Origin: Candidatus Omnitrophota bacterium
Lineage (GTDB): Bacteria > Omnitrophota > Gorgyraeia > 2-01-FULL-45-10
Direction: 5' to 3'
Length of the DNA stretch: 64,000 bases
Assembly: GCA_041650935.1 (NCBI GenBank)
Contig: JBAZKH010000003.1
Coordinates: 101,269-165,268 of the forward strand
Position numbers and translations under genes: made by a program. The notes beneath the pieces are model-generated. The model saw nothing but the letters and a program-made list of their open reading frames with translations. It did not search any database and was not told the origin of the DNA. Shown here in pieces: positions 28,485 through 37,453 of this stretch; the first letter of the stretch is position 1; the number at the start of each line of letters is the position of its first letter.

Positions 28485-28510
28485 TTATTTCCACCCCGGG
28501 GTGGAAATAA
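28485..28510 (-). terminator. Perfect 26-bp palindrome TTATTTCCACCCCGGGGTGGAAATAA. It is a putative terminator of the MFS-DegT operon and may act bidirectionally or as an operator.
   Basis: Seen directly, 30 nt downstream of the MFS stop (28542). Weak T-tracts follow on both strands. Confidence 0.45.
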
Positions 28511-28541
28511 TATTCGGATTTTGTGCTTACCGATCTCTTTT

Positions 28542-29843
28542 TTAGTCTTCCGGCGGCAGTGTGAGGCGCGTAGCGGAGCCGATGCCGGAGGCGACCTCGG
28601 GGATTATACCCATCTTCCTGTATATAGGATGGATCTGTTTCTTTATGAGCGGAAGTTTTGTGGCGAAGATGCCGGATGCCAGAACACAGCAGACCCCGCC
28701 TATTATAAGCGTATTCCCCGCTCCTATCTTATTCGCCAGCGTTCCTGCCAATAGACTCCCCAACGGCGCCATGCCCATGAAGGCCATCGTATAGAAACTC
28801 ATAACCCTGCCGCGCTTATCATCGTCGGAGATCGTCTGCAGGATCGTATTGCTTGCCGCCATGTGCGTCATAAATCCAAATCCGGATATCGCCAGTAAAA
28901 GCACCGAAAGCCATAATGAACGCGAAAAAGAGAATGCTATAAGGCCCGCGGCGAATATCGAAGCGCACACAGGTATCATGCCGCCAAGGCCCACTATGCT
29001 CTTACGCGATGCCAGATATATCGTAGCCGCCAGCGCCCCGACGCCGATAGCGGCCATGAGAAGGCCGAAAGTCTCCGGCCCGCCGCCCAGGACGTCTTTG
29101 GCAAATACCGGCATAAGCACAATATACGAAGCCCCCATCAGGCTTATCACGGCCAGAAGCAGTATTATAAACCTGATCGGCTGAAAGCCGAATGTATATA
29201 AAAACCCTTCCCTCAACTCATCAAAGAGCCGTATCGGTGTCTTCTCGGACGCACGCCTTTTGATATCCATCGCAGCCAGAGATGCAATTACGGCCGTGAA
29301 GCTTACGGCATTCAGCAGAAAACAGATTCCTTCGCCCATAATCGCAATGATTACACCGGCAATCGACGGGCCGATAAGGCGCGCAACGTTAAACATCAAG
29401 GAATTAAGCGCTATCGCATTCGCCAGGCTCTCCTTCTTCTCGACCATCTCGACTATAAAAGCCTGGCGCGCCGGAATATCGAACGAGTTTATGAGCCCCA
29501 GGACTACGCCCAGCACAATTATGTGCCATACAGCTATCGTTCCTGTAAGCGTCAATACCGTAAGCACCACGGCCTGCAGCATTAAAAGCGACTGCGTCAC
29601 TATCAAAATTTTGCGGCGGTCCACCCTGTCGGCCAACAGCCCTGCGAACGGGCTGAATATAAAAGTCGGTATCTGGCTGGAAAAACCGACTATGCCTAGG
29701 ACGAGCGGCGAATTTGTCATGCGATAGACCAGCCAGCTCATCGCAACGGCCTCCATCCATGTCCCTACCAGCGATATACCCTGACCGATAAAAAAGAGCC
29801 GGAAATTCCTGTAACGCATAGCGCGGAAGATGGTCCTTAACAT
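28542..29843 (-). CDS. MFS transporter (efflux type, EntS/macrolide-exporter-like)
   Basis: 433 aa with 12 TM helices: MRYRNFRLFFIGQGISLVGTWM. Confidence 0.8.
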   Translation of the reverse strand: MLRTIFRAMRYRNFRLFFIGQGISLVGTWMEAVAMSWLVYRMTNSPLVLGIVGFSSQIPTFIFSPFAGLLADRVDRRKILIVTQSLLMLQAVVLTVLTLTGTIAVWHIIVLGVVLGLINSFDIPARQAFIVEMVEKKESLANAIALNSLMFNVARLIGPSIAGVIIAIMGEGICFLLNAVSFTAVIASLAAMDIKRRASEKTPIRLFDELREGFLYTFGFQPIRFIILLLAVISLMGASYIVLMPVFAKDVLGGGPETFGLLMAAIGVGALAATIYLASRKSIVGLGGMIPVCASIFAAGLIAFSFSRSLWLSVLLLAISGFGFMTHMAASNTILQTISDDDKRGRVMSFYTMAFMGMAPLGSLLAGTLANKIGAGNTLIIGGVCCVLASGIFATKLPLIKKQIHPIYRKMGIIPEVASGIGSATRLTLPPED

Positions 29844-31066
29844 CCCGAGCCCTCCTTTATTATCCTGACTACCGCGTCCATATCTTTCGCGTCGAGATAC
29901 GTGCTCGTCGATAAGGCCAGGGACCTTGCCGCAAGGCTCCTGCCGCCCTGCGCCCGCCTGTCCGGCACAATCCCTTTCAGGTAGCCAAAATCCGTTACCG
30001 CTTCGGAATAGATTACCGAGGCGCCGAGCCCGGCCCCCTGCAGAGCCGACAATACTTCGCCGCGCCTTTCGGCCTTTTCGAAAAGGATCGTTACGAAAGG
30101 ATACGTCGCAAAATCTCCGGGAGATTCTCTCACAAGCCTAACCCCTTTCACACCCATAAGTTTCCCGAAAAAATAACCGGCTTTTTTTCTCTGGTCCCTG
30201 ATAGCGTCTTCTATTCGATAAAATCCGGCATGTCCCACCGCCTGTCTGAAGGCCGAAACCTTGTTCACGGGAAAGCCGGCGTCGAAACGATCCTGGTTTG
30301 CCCTTACCCTATCGCCGGCCATGACCCAAAAAACATACGGAAGCCTGTAAACAAACCAGAATGCCTGCGGCCGATAGAATAACCAGTAACCGAAGAGTTC
30401 CGCTATCTTTACGCTTTCCGAAAACGCTTCCTTTTTAACGAGCCGGGCAATCGTATCGTCGAGCTTTGTCTCAAATTCCTTATTATTGGTTACCAGGGCG
30501 CCGCCCTCGTAAATAGTAAGCCCCTTCCCGCGCGCCAGGCTAAAGAAAGAAAAGTCGCCGGATGTCCCGGCATATCTACCTTGATGCCGCACCCCGAACG
30601 ATTGAGCGCAATCTTCTATCAGAAACGCCCCGCATCGTGCCGCCGCCTCTTTTACAGCATTTAGTCTTACAGGCACGCCTCCGATATGCGCGGCCACTAT
30701 TGCCAGGATCTCCTTATTACCGGCGCATATGCGCTCAAGCTCATCCGGCGCGAAATTAAAATCATCGCCTGTTACATCGCAGACCTCTATCTTCAGGCCG
30801 GAGCGCGCAATGGCCAGGGGTACGAGCGCGCATATATAAGAAGGTATCACCACCGTCTTCTTACCGGATATTTTTTTAAGTGTCTCCAGGATAAGATACA
30901 GGGCCGTGGTGCCGGAATTTACTATGCGGCAATAACCGGTTCGAAGATAATTTTTAATATCATCTTCGAGCGAACCGGCAGGCAAGGCGCCCGCAACTGC
31001 CGAGAGCAAATCTTTCGCGTAAAGCGGTATCCCCGCGGTCGGCGGGATCTCTTTGAATATTCCCAT
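29837..31066 (-). CDS. DegT/DnrJ/EryC1/StrS family PLP-dependent aminotransferase (sugar aminotransferase, ArnB-like)
   Basis: 409 aa with N-terminal aminotransferase-fold blocks. Its start overlaps the MFS gene by 7 nt. Confidence 0.7.
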   Translation of the reverse strand: MGIFKEIPPTAGIPLYAKDLLSAVAGALPAGSLEDDIKNYLRTGYCRIVNSGTTALYLILETLKKISGKKTVVIPSYICALVPLAIARSGLKIEVCDVTGDDFNFAPDELERICAGNKEILAIVAAHIGGVPVRLNAVKEAAARCGAFLIEDCAQSFGVRHQGRYAGTSGDFSFFSLARGKGLTIYEGGALVTNNKEFETKLDDTIARLVKKEAFSESVKIAELFGYWLFYRPQAFWFVYRLPYVFWVMAGDRVRANQDRFDAGFPVNKVSAFRQAVGHAGFYRIEDAIRDQRKKAGYFFGKLMGVKGVRLVRESPGDFATYPFVTILFEKAERRGEVLSALQGAGLGASVIYSEAVTDFGYLKGIVPDRRAQGGRSLAARSLALSTSTYLDAKDMDAVVRIIKEGSGC

Positions 31067-31152
31067 AAATTCGTTAAATCGGTTGTGCTAAATTCCTTTT
31101 TATTATAGAATAAAAATATACTTTTTACATAGAAAAATTTAAGATAAAAACT

Positions 31153-32280
31153 ATGCCACTCGCGGTAAAGATATCCCGGTCGATAACCGGGATCGGCCAA
31201 AAAGACTGGGAGAGCGTCTACCCCGGCATCCCGGAAAGCTATGGTTATCTCAAAACCTGCGATGAGACCCTCCGCGGACAATTCGAATTCTATTACGTCT
31301 CTATTTATGACGAGGGCGGCATCGCCTTCTGTGCGCCCATCTTCGTAGCCAACTACCCTATCGAGACGACACTGGACGGCCCTTTAAAAAAGACGGCCGA
31401 GGCGATCAGGCGCGTCCTGCCTAAACTACTCACGTTCCGCGCGGTAATATGCGGCTCGCCGGCATGCGAGGGCCGCGTGGGCATAAAGGATACTGCCGGA
31501 TGGGCCAGGATGCTCGATATCCTTGTGCGCGAGATGGACGGCATCGCCCGGACCGAAAACGCGTCGGTTTTGGGGTTCAAAGAATTTTCGGAAGATTACG
31601 ATACCCCTTTCGCGCGCCTTAAGGATATCTTTTTTCGCAAGTTCCCGGCTTTTCCATCCGTCAGGATGGAATTGCCCTTTGGGACTTTTGATGAATATTT
31701 CCGGACATTGAGCAAAAAGACACAGATAGACCTTAAGCGAAAATTTAAGAAGACAGACGGCACCGTCGATATAAGGATGGCGGTGCTCCCCTCGCTGGGC
31801 GCCCTGCTCGACGAAGCCTACGGGTTGTACAGGGCCAATCTCGATAAAGCGGAGACGAGGTTCGAGGAGATGACCAGGGATTTTTTCCGCAGGATTCCGG
31901 AAAATATGCCGGGGGAATCCAGATATTTTGTCTGGCACATCGACGGCAGGCTCGCCGCCTTCAGCCAGACGCTCGTATCTAAAGACCTGCTGATAGCCGA
32001 ATATATAGGATTCGATTACAGCGTGGCATACAAATACAACCTGTATTTCATAGTAATGAGGGACCAGCTGAAGTGGTGCATCGAAAACGGCATACGTAAA
32101 TATGAGTCGGGCGCGCTAAATTACGACCCGAAGAGACGGCTGGGCTTCACGTTTGTGCCGCAATATATCTACGCAAGGCACAGGAACCGTTTTGTCAACG
32201 GACTTCTTGCCATAGTTACTGGAATATTGGACCCGCAAAAACACGATCCCGTCCTCAAATCTTTGCGGAAGAAGCCGTGA
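31153..32280 (+). CDS. FemAB-like/BioF2-like GNAT acyltransferase (Acetyltransf_6-type), paralog 1
   Basis: 375 aa with conserved blocks RYFVWHIDGRLAAF, KYESG and KRRLGF...YARHRNR, which are shared with the paralog at 35332-36555. Confidence 0.65.
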   Translation: MPLAVKISRSITGIGQKDWESVYPGIPESYGYLKTCDETLRGQFEFYYVSIYDEGGIAFCAPIFVANYPIETTLDGPLKKTAEAIRRVLPKLLTFRAVICGSPACEGRVGIKDTAGWARMLDILVREMDGIARTENASVLGFKEFSEDYDTPFARLKDIFFRKFPAFPSVRMELPFGTFDEYFRTLSKKTQIDLKRKFKKTDGTVDIRMAVLPSLGALLDEAYGLYRANLDKAETRFEEMTRDFFRRIPENMPGESRYFVWHIDGRLAAFSQTLVSKDLLIAEYIGFDYSVAYKYNLYFIVMRDQLKWCIENGIRKYESGALNYDPKRRLGFTFVPQYIYARHRNRFVNGLLAIVTGILDPQKHDPVLKSLRKKP

Positions 32281-33157
32281 CGCGCTGGAAAAAATCGGCC
32301 ACTTTCCCGGCAACCGTCTCCCTCTCCTGGTCGGCGGTAACCACATGGTAGGAATCGTAAAGGAGTATCATCTCTTTTATCTTCGAGTTTACTTTGTCAT
32401 AAATAAACTTCGAATTTTTGACACTCGCCACGTCGTCGTCTTTAGCCTGTATAAGTTGGACCGGGAAATCCATCGCCGGGAGCCTTCGCGTAACATGTTT
32501 AACCATGAGCTGCAGCTCGTATAACAGCGTAACAGGGAAGAATGGATAGCCATACTGTTCGGCGTCTTCGGTATCTTCAAACCGGGCCGTGCTATAATAT
32601 TTGTGGATACGCTGCTGAATTATCTCGTTCTTTATCCCGTAAGGCGGCGATTCCTTAAAATACGCCAGGTGCCGGAGCGGCGTATACGCGAACGGGAAGA
32701 AGAGCTTGGAAAGCGGCGTGTTCCACCCGTCGTAAAAGAGCGTCGGCGCAAGACAGCTCACGCCCAGGACGCGGTCCCTGAATTCATCGGCCAGCATAAG
32801 GGCAAAGAGCGCGCCCATCGAAAGGCCGGAGATGAATATTGGCCCTTCGAAGTCCGCCATGGCGCCGTTTATAAATACCATACGCAGCGACGCATAGAAC
32901 TCCTGCCAGGTCGTATTCTTCAACACCCATAATGACTCACCGTGATTTGCAAGCTTAGGACATATCACCGTGTAACCGCGTTTATTGAGGTAAGTGGCGA
33001 GATACTTCATTTCATTGGGAGTGCCGGTAAGACCATGGATGAGGATAACGGCACTGCCGTTATCTCCCGGGAAGAATAACCCCTTACCGTTATTCGAAGA
33101 ATTTTTCGGCTTATGCTTCTTTAGATTATTTATGTCGAACGAAAAGATAACGGACAT
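32255..33157 (-). CDS. Alpha/beta-hydrolase fold esterase/lipase
   Basis: 300 aa with nucleophile elbow GLSMGA and an HGLTG oxyanion region. Confidence 0.75.
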   Translation of the reverse strand: MSVIFSFDINNLKKHKPKNSSNNGKGLFFPGDNGSAVILIHGLTGTPNEMKYLATYLNKRGYTVICPKLANHGESLWVLKNTTWQEFYASLRMVFINGAMADFEGPIFISGLSMGALFALMLADEFRDRVLGVSCLAPTLFYDGWNTPLSKLFFPFAYTPLRHLAYFKESPPYGIKNEIIQQRIHKYYSTARFEDTEDAEQYGYPFFPVTLLYELQLMVKHVTRRLPAMDFPVQLIQAKDDDVASVKNSKFIYDKVNSKIKEMILLYDSYHVVTADQERETVAGKVADFFQRVTASSAKI

Positions 33158-33167
33158 ATTTTTAAGC

Positions 33168-34613
33168 CTACGCGGGATAAGATATCGGTAGTGATACGGT
33201 AAAAGTCGAGCCTTTACCCGGCCGGCTCTCCACGTCTATCCTGCCCTTATGCGATTCTGCGATCGATTTCGCTATGCTCAAACCCAGGCCAAAACCATTC
33301 TTGTTGATGCGGGGTTTATTTATCTGGTAGAACCTGTCGAATATATACGGAAGCTCGTCGTCCGGCATACCTATGCCGGTATCGCTTACGGTAATCCGCG
33401 CGCATTTTTCATCCTTGTGGGCCGACACTATTATCCGCCCCTTCCTGAGGGTGTATTTGACCGCGTTGTCGAGCAGGTTGGAGAATAATTTCTTAAGCTG
33501 GTCCTCGTCACCGTCCAGGATTATCTTATTGTGCAGAAACGAGGATAGGGCTATGTCTTTCCCCCCGGCGGATATCTTTGCGTTCCTTACCATCTCCTCC
33601 AATATATTCGTCACGTTGGTCTTCTTTATCTCGAGCGGCATCCGGGAATTGTCAAACTTCGCGAGGATGAGAAGGTCATCGATGATCGACGAGAAGTGAT
33701 TCAGCTCTTCCAGGGCCTTATGCAGGATCGCATCAGACGCCTCTTTGGAATACGGTTTTCTTACTGCCTCCTCGAGCTCTCCTTTAAGCATAACCAGCGG
33801 CGCTTTAAGTTCGTAAGATATATCCTGTATAAAGCTTTGCTGAGACGAAAAAGACCTGTCGAGACGGTCTATCATATCGTTAAAGGTATCGGCGAGCCTC
33901 TTCACCTCATCTTTCGTATCGGGGATGTGTATCTTAAGTTTCAGGTTTTCCGCCGTAATCTGCTTTAGGGTATCTATCATGCTATTGACCGGTTTCAGCG
34001 TCAAGCCGGCCAAAAGGACACCGGGGATCCCGGCAAGAAAGATCGTAAGAGGCAGGAGAAGGATGAGGACAAGGATGAGGTTGTGCAGCGCCAGCGATAT
34101 GAGATAGGCCGGCGCGGCCACCTGGACTACATACCTGACCTTCCCGTCCTCGATAACGGGCTTGGTATAAACTTTGAATCTGGTCTTCTTCCCTTCGGAA
34201 GAGACGCCCTTCAGCGTATCGAAACTATCTTCGCCGTCCAGGACATCCTCGAAGTCAGACTTATCGATGGACGATATGAAAGGCATTGACTTGGTCGCCA
34301 CCAGTCTCTCGCCGCCTGGATTGAGTATCTGGACGTATAGCTTCATAAGCTCCGGGTCTTTGCGCTTCTCCTCCACCCACCCGCGGGCGATATCGAGGAA
34401 AGAATTCGTATCCGTCCTGGTTTCGGCGGAATGCAGATAGGTATGTACGGCATCGACCACGCCTTCCGCGCGCGAACTCAAAAGATCCTCAAGGTTTCCC
34501 ACAAGGATCTTATCAAAGCTTCCGTAGAGCACTCCGGAAAAAGCGAAGAGCGTTATCGTAAGCAGGAGCATGTACCACAAAAGCATCTTGAATCGTATCG
34601 ATCTTATGAACAT
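33168..34613 (-). CDS. Sensor histidine kinase (two TM, HAMP, HisKA, HATPase_c), orphan
   Basis: H-box LKAPL/ISYELKAPL, N and G boxes DTGIGM...GFGLGLSIA. No adjacent response regulator. Confidence 0.85.
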   Translation of the reverse strand: MFIRSIRFKMLLWYMLLLTITLFAFSGVLYGSFDKILVGNLEDLLSSRAEGVVDAVHTYLHSAETRTDTNSFLDIARGWVEEKRKDPELMKLYVQILNPGGERLVATKSMPFISSIDKSDFEDVLDGEDSFDTLKGVSSEGKKTRFKVYTKPVIEDGKVRYVVQVAAPAYLISLALHNLILVLILLLPLTIFLAGIPGVLLAGLTLKPVNSMIDTLKQITAENLKLKIHIPDTKDEVKRLADTFNDMIDRLDRSFSSQQSFIQDISYELKAPLVMLKGELEEAVRKPYSKEASDAILHKALEELNHFSSIIDDLLILAKFDNSRMPLEIKKTNVTNILEEMVRNAKISAGGKDIALSSFLHNKIILDGDEDQLKKLFSNLLDNAVKYTLRKGRIIVSAHKDEKCARITVSDTGIGMPDDELPYIFDRFYQINKPRINKNGFGLGLSIAKSIAESHKGRIDVESRPGKGSTFTVSLPISYPA

Positions 34614-34623
34614 ATTTTTTCTT

Positions 34624-35004
34624 TCAGCTCACCGATATCAGCACTATACCGCCCATCACTAAAAGCGTGCCCGTAACCTTCATCCTGTCTACCTTTTCGC
34701 CCAGGAAGATATGCGCCGCGGAAAGTATAAAGATGTATTGGATGCTGCCGATGGGAAATACGAAGCTTAAATCTGCCTGGGCCAGGGCCATTATCCATGT
34801 GGCAACACACAAAACTTGAAAGGCCAAACCAAGCCATATATAGCTTTTCGAAAGGACGGTCTTCAAATAACTGATGTGCCCGGATACTCCCCGCATCTTT
34901 CCCGCTTCTACCGCGTTGGTGCTCTTTTTGAAGAATATCTGGCCGGTAACATTCAGGGCTTCCGATAACAGGATAAGCAGTATTACCCTAATCACTGTGG
35001 ACAT
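34624..35004 (-). CDS. Small 4-TM EamA/DMT-family protein (ArnE/ArnF-like flippase subunit)
   Basis: 126 aa with four hydrophobic helices. It pairs with the adjacent 146-aa paralog, as ArnE/ArnF heterodimers do. Confidence 0.55.
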   Translation of the reverse strand: MSTVIRVILLILLSEALNVTGQIFFKKSTNAVEAGKMRGVSGHISYLKTVLSKSYIWLGLAFQVLCVATWIMALAQADLSFVFPIGSIQYIFILSAAHIFLGEKVDRMKVTGTLLVMGGIVLISVS

Positions 35005-35432
35005 ACTGCACCGTCTCCTTTTTGCCCTTCGGCAAGCTCAGGATTTTTGCTCTGCGACGTGAAATATATCCCCAGAACTATCATGGCTATACCCAGCCAT
35101 CTGATAGGACTGACATGCTCGTGCAGGAAAATTACCGCTATGATAGGGACAAAAGCATAAGCAACCGAACCCACCGGCATCGCTATGCTGAGGTCTATGC
35201 GGTAGATTATCACCAGCCATAAGACAAAATTCACTATGTATACAAGTATGCCCAGCCATACGAGCCAGGACGAGAGGCTGGCAAACCCGAACTCTATTAT
35301 ATTGTTTAAACCTATTACGCTGATCCCTGTATCAGCCAGCCCTTTTTTCAGAAACAGCTGGGCTATGCTGTCCATGGCGTCGTTTAATACTATCAGGGCG
35401 AACACCTTTAGCGTCAGATGTCCTTTTTTCAC
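34992..35432 (-). CDS. Small 4-TM EamA/DMT-family protein (ArnE/ArnF-like flippase subunit)
   Basis: 146 aa, translationally coupled to the downstream paralog. Its 5' end overlaps the C-terminal tail of the GNAT paralog by about 100 nt, so one of the two boundaries is uncertain. Confidence 0.5.
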   Translation of the reverse strand: MKKGHLTLKVFALIVLNDAMDSIAQLFLKKGLADTGISVIGLNNIIEFGFASLSSWLVWLGILVYIVNFVLWLVIIYRIDLSIAMPVGSVAYAFVPIIAVIFLHEHVSPIRWLGIAMIVLGIYFTSQSKNPELAEGQKGDGAVCPQ

Positions 35433-36555
35433 GGAGACTCCTTGCTATTTTTTTCAGGTCCGGATCGAAATTCTCAAATTTTAAAAATTTGCACATCGTC
35501 CTGAATAGCGGATTGATCACGCGGTTCCTGTGTTTAGCATAAATATGAAGCGGCGTAAAATCGAACCCGAGGCGTTTCTTAGGCTCGTATCCGCTAAAAC
35601 CTATCTCATACTTTTTTATATTGTTATCGATGCACCATTTCATAACGTCCCGGTGTTTCACGAAGAAGAGATGAAGATCGTGCGCCACCGCATAGTCGAG
35701 GCCAAGGTAATAATCGACCATCAGGTCATTCGCCACAAGAGCCAGAAGAAAAGCGACGAGCTTGCCGTCTACCCGCCATAAGAAGAACTTCGTCTCGCGC
35801 GGCATGTGCCTTGGTATGTTTTTGAAAAATTCGATCGGCACTACTTCGAAGCCCACTTCATGCTTATTGACCATCTGCAGGTAAAGGCCGTAAACCTCTT
35901 CCAGGGTCTTCTCATCAAGACTATCGACGATCTCCATCTTTATATTCGCGCTCGCTTCCGCTTTTTTGAATTTTCTTCTCAGGTCGTATCTTGAAGCACT
36001 GCTCAATTTCATCAGATATTTGTCGAAACTGTCGAAGTCGAGATCCATCTCCGCGTAAGGCAGGCTGTCCACTTTAAAAAACTTCTTTGCGAGGAGCGGC
36101 TTCAGGGTATCGTTGTATCCGTGCGAGAAGTCTTTAAAAGCCAGGACCGAAGCCTTCTCATGTTTAGCTATCTCTTCCATCTTGTGCAGCAACACTTCGA
36201 TGATCTCCTCTTCCCGGGCGGCCATACCTATATGGCCCTGCCCCATAGGGACTCCGCAGACAAAAGCCCGCACGCTTAAAAAGTTGGGGAAGGCGCGCTT
36301 CACAAGGTTCATCATGCGCTTTGTCGCGCCGGTCATACTCGTATCGAGGGAAAAATCTACCGAGAAGCAGGGCGCGGCGCCGACAAGATCTTCGCCGTCG
36401 TAGACCGTTACGTAATAGAGGGAAAATTGTTCGAAGTTACTATCGTCCATCACCCTGAAAAAGTCGTACCCTTCGATGGTGGCGGGAAATATATCTTCCC
36501 AGGCGGCCCTGGGAACATCTTCGATCTTTTTTGTTACTCTTGTCGTTAAGTTCAT
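35332..36555 (-). CDS. FemAB-like/BioF2-like GNAT acyltransferase, paralog 2
   Basis: 407 aa: KFFLWRVDGKLVAF...KYEIG...KKRLGF...YAKHRNR, parallel to paralog 1. It has an extra ~30-aa basic C-terminal tail. Confidence 0.65.
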   Translation of the reverse strand: MNLTTRVTKKIEDVPRAAWEDIFPATIEGYDFFRVMDDSNFEQFSLYYVTVYDGEDLVGAAPCFSVDFSLDTSMTGATKRMMNLVKRAFPNFLSVRAFVCGVPMGQGHIGMAAREEEIIEVLLHKMEEIAKHEKASVLAFKDFSHGYNDTLKPLLAKKFFKVDSLPYAEMDLDFDSFDKYLMKLSSASRYDLRRKFKKAEASANIKMEIVDSLDEKTLEEVYGLYLQMVNKHEVGFEVVPIEFFKNIPRHMPRETKFFLWRVDGKLVAFLLALVANDLMVDYYLGLDYAVAHDLHLFFVKHRDVMKWCIDNNIKKYEIGFSGYEPKKRLGFDFTPLHIYAKHRNRVINPLFRTMCKFLKFENFDPDLKKIARSLREKRTSDAKGVRPDSIKRRHGQHSPAVSEKRAG

Positions 36556-36612
36556 AGGTTATATTATACTAGTAAAACAAGCTTTTCGTAAAGCTAATTG
36601 TGGAGAAAATTT

Positions 36613-36634
36613 GGAGGTTTAAACCTCCCCTACG
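36613..36634. repeat. TTTAAA-loop hairpin element (copy D, truncated left arm)
   Basis: GGAGGtttaaaCCTCCcctacg. The right arm is identical to copy C (58310-58339). Confidence 0.55.
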
Positions 36635-36714
36635 TTCTCGTTGAGATACTTCTTTACGCGTCTTAAGCTCGCCACAGAGCCACATCACATTAGACTGATA
36701 CGAAAAATTTTACC

Positions 36715-36768
36715 CATAAACCAGAAAGCCGCTGCTGTAAGGCGGTGGAGCTTCACTGCCGCCGCCTT
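36715..36768 (-). repeat. 50-nt post-stop-codon repeat (copy 2) AGTGAAGCTCCACCGCCTTACAGC...ATGGGTAAAATT, overlapping the PRTase stop codon
   Basis: 24/24 nt are identical to 16238-16261, and ATGGGTAAA(A)TT is shared again 20 nt downstream. It has the same orientation relative to the flanking genes as copy 1. Confidence 0.65.
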
Positions 36769-37436
36769 GAAAATTCTTCCTTCAGTATGGCAATGACCGC
36801 TTCGTCCGTAGTCTGTTCGAAATTGACGTAGAATTCCCCGACTGCGCCGAAGAATGGAGGGACCCGCAGACAGACGACTTCGTCGCAAGAACCTGCTATC
36901 CTGTTGACGGCTTCGGCTGAAGCAACCGGGATACCGGCGATAAGCCTGGCCGGGGCCTCTTCTCTTACCGCCCAAAGCGAAGCCTGCATCGTAGCGCCTG
37001 TGGCCAGCCCGTCATCTACAATAATAACCGTCTTATCATTAAGGATTGTCTTAGGTAATGCTTTGCGGAATATCCCTGACCTGCGCCTTATCTCCGACAA
37101 TTGACGTCCTGCCTCTGCTTTTATATATGTCTCGTCGGCTCCGGTCTGCGCGGCTATATTCTTATCCAGAAAGATCCTGTTAGTTTCGCTTATCGCACCT
37201 ATGGCAAGTTCGGAATTGCGGGGAGCGCCAAGTTTCCGGGAGAGCGCTATGTCAAGATCCGATTCCAGGATAGCGGCTACCTCTTTACCGATAACGACTC
37301 CGCCGCGCGGGATCCCGAGGACAACCACCGCAGAACCGCCGCCCAGGTGCCGCAGCGCGTTCCCTAATAGCCTGCCCGCTTCTTCACGGCCGCGGAAGGC
37401 CGCGCTACTATCCGACAGGATCGTTATCTTTCCCAT
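36753..37436 (-). CDS. Phosphoribosyltransferase-domain protein (type I PRTase fold, COG1926-like)
   Basis: 227 aa with the PRPP-binding loop VIIVDDGLATGATM. Confidence 0.75.
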   Translation of the reverse strand: MGKITILSDSSAAFRGREEAGRLLGNALRHLGGGSAVVVLGIPRGGVVIGKEVAAILESDLDIALSRKLGAPRNSELAIGAISETNRIFLDKNIAAQTGADETYIKAEAGRQLSEIRRRSGIFRKALPKTILNDKTVIIVDDGLATGATMQASLWAVREEAPARLIAGIPVASAEAVNRIAGSCDEVVCLRVPPFFGAVGEFYVNFEQTTDEAVIAILKEEFSRRRQ

Positions 37437-37453
37437 GGGGCTATTTCACCGGA

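Noticed and set aside
36753-37436. PRTase-fold protein as a retron- or defence-system effector
   Set aside because: PRTase domains occur as effectors in some retron and defence systems. Here there is no reverse transcriptase, no ncRNA-like region and no other defence partner adjacent. Its co-orientation with glycan-modification genes fits a metabolic role, and this is noted only in the locus finding.
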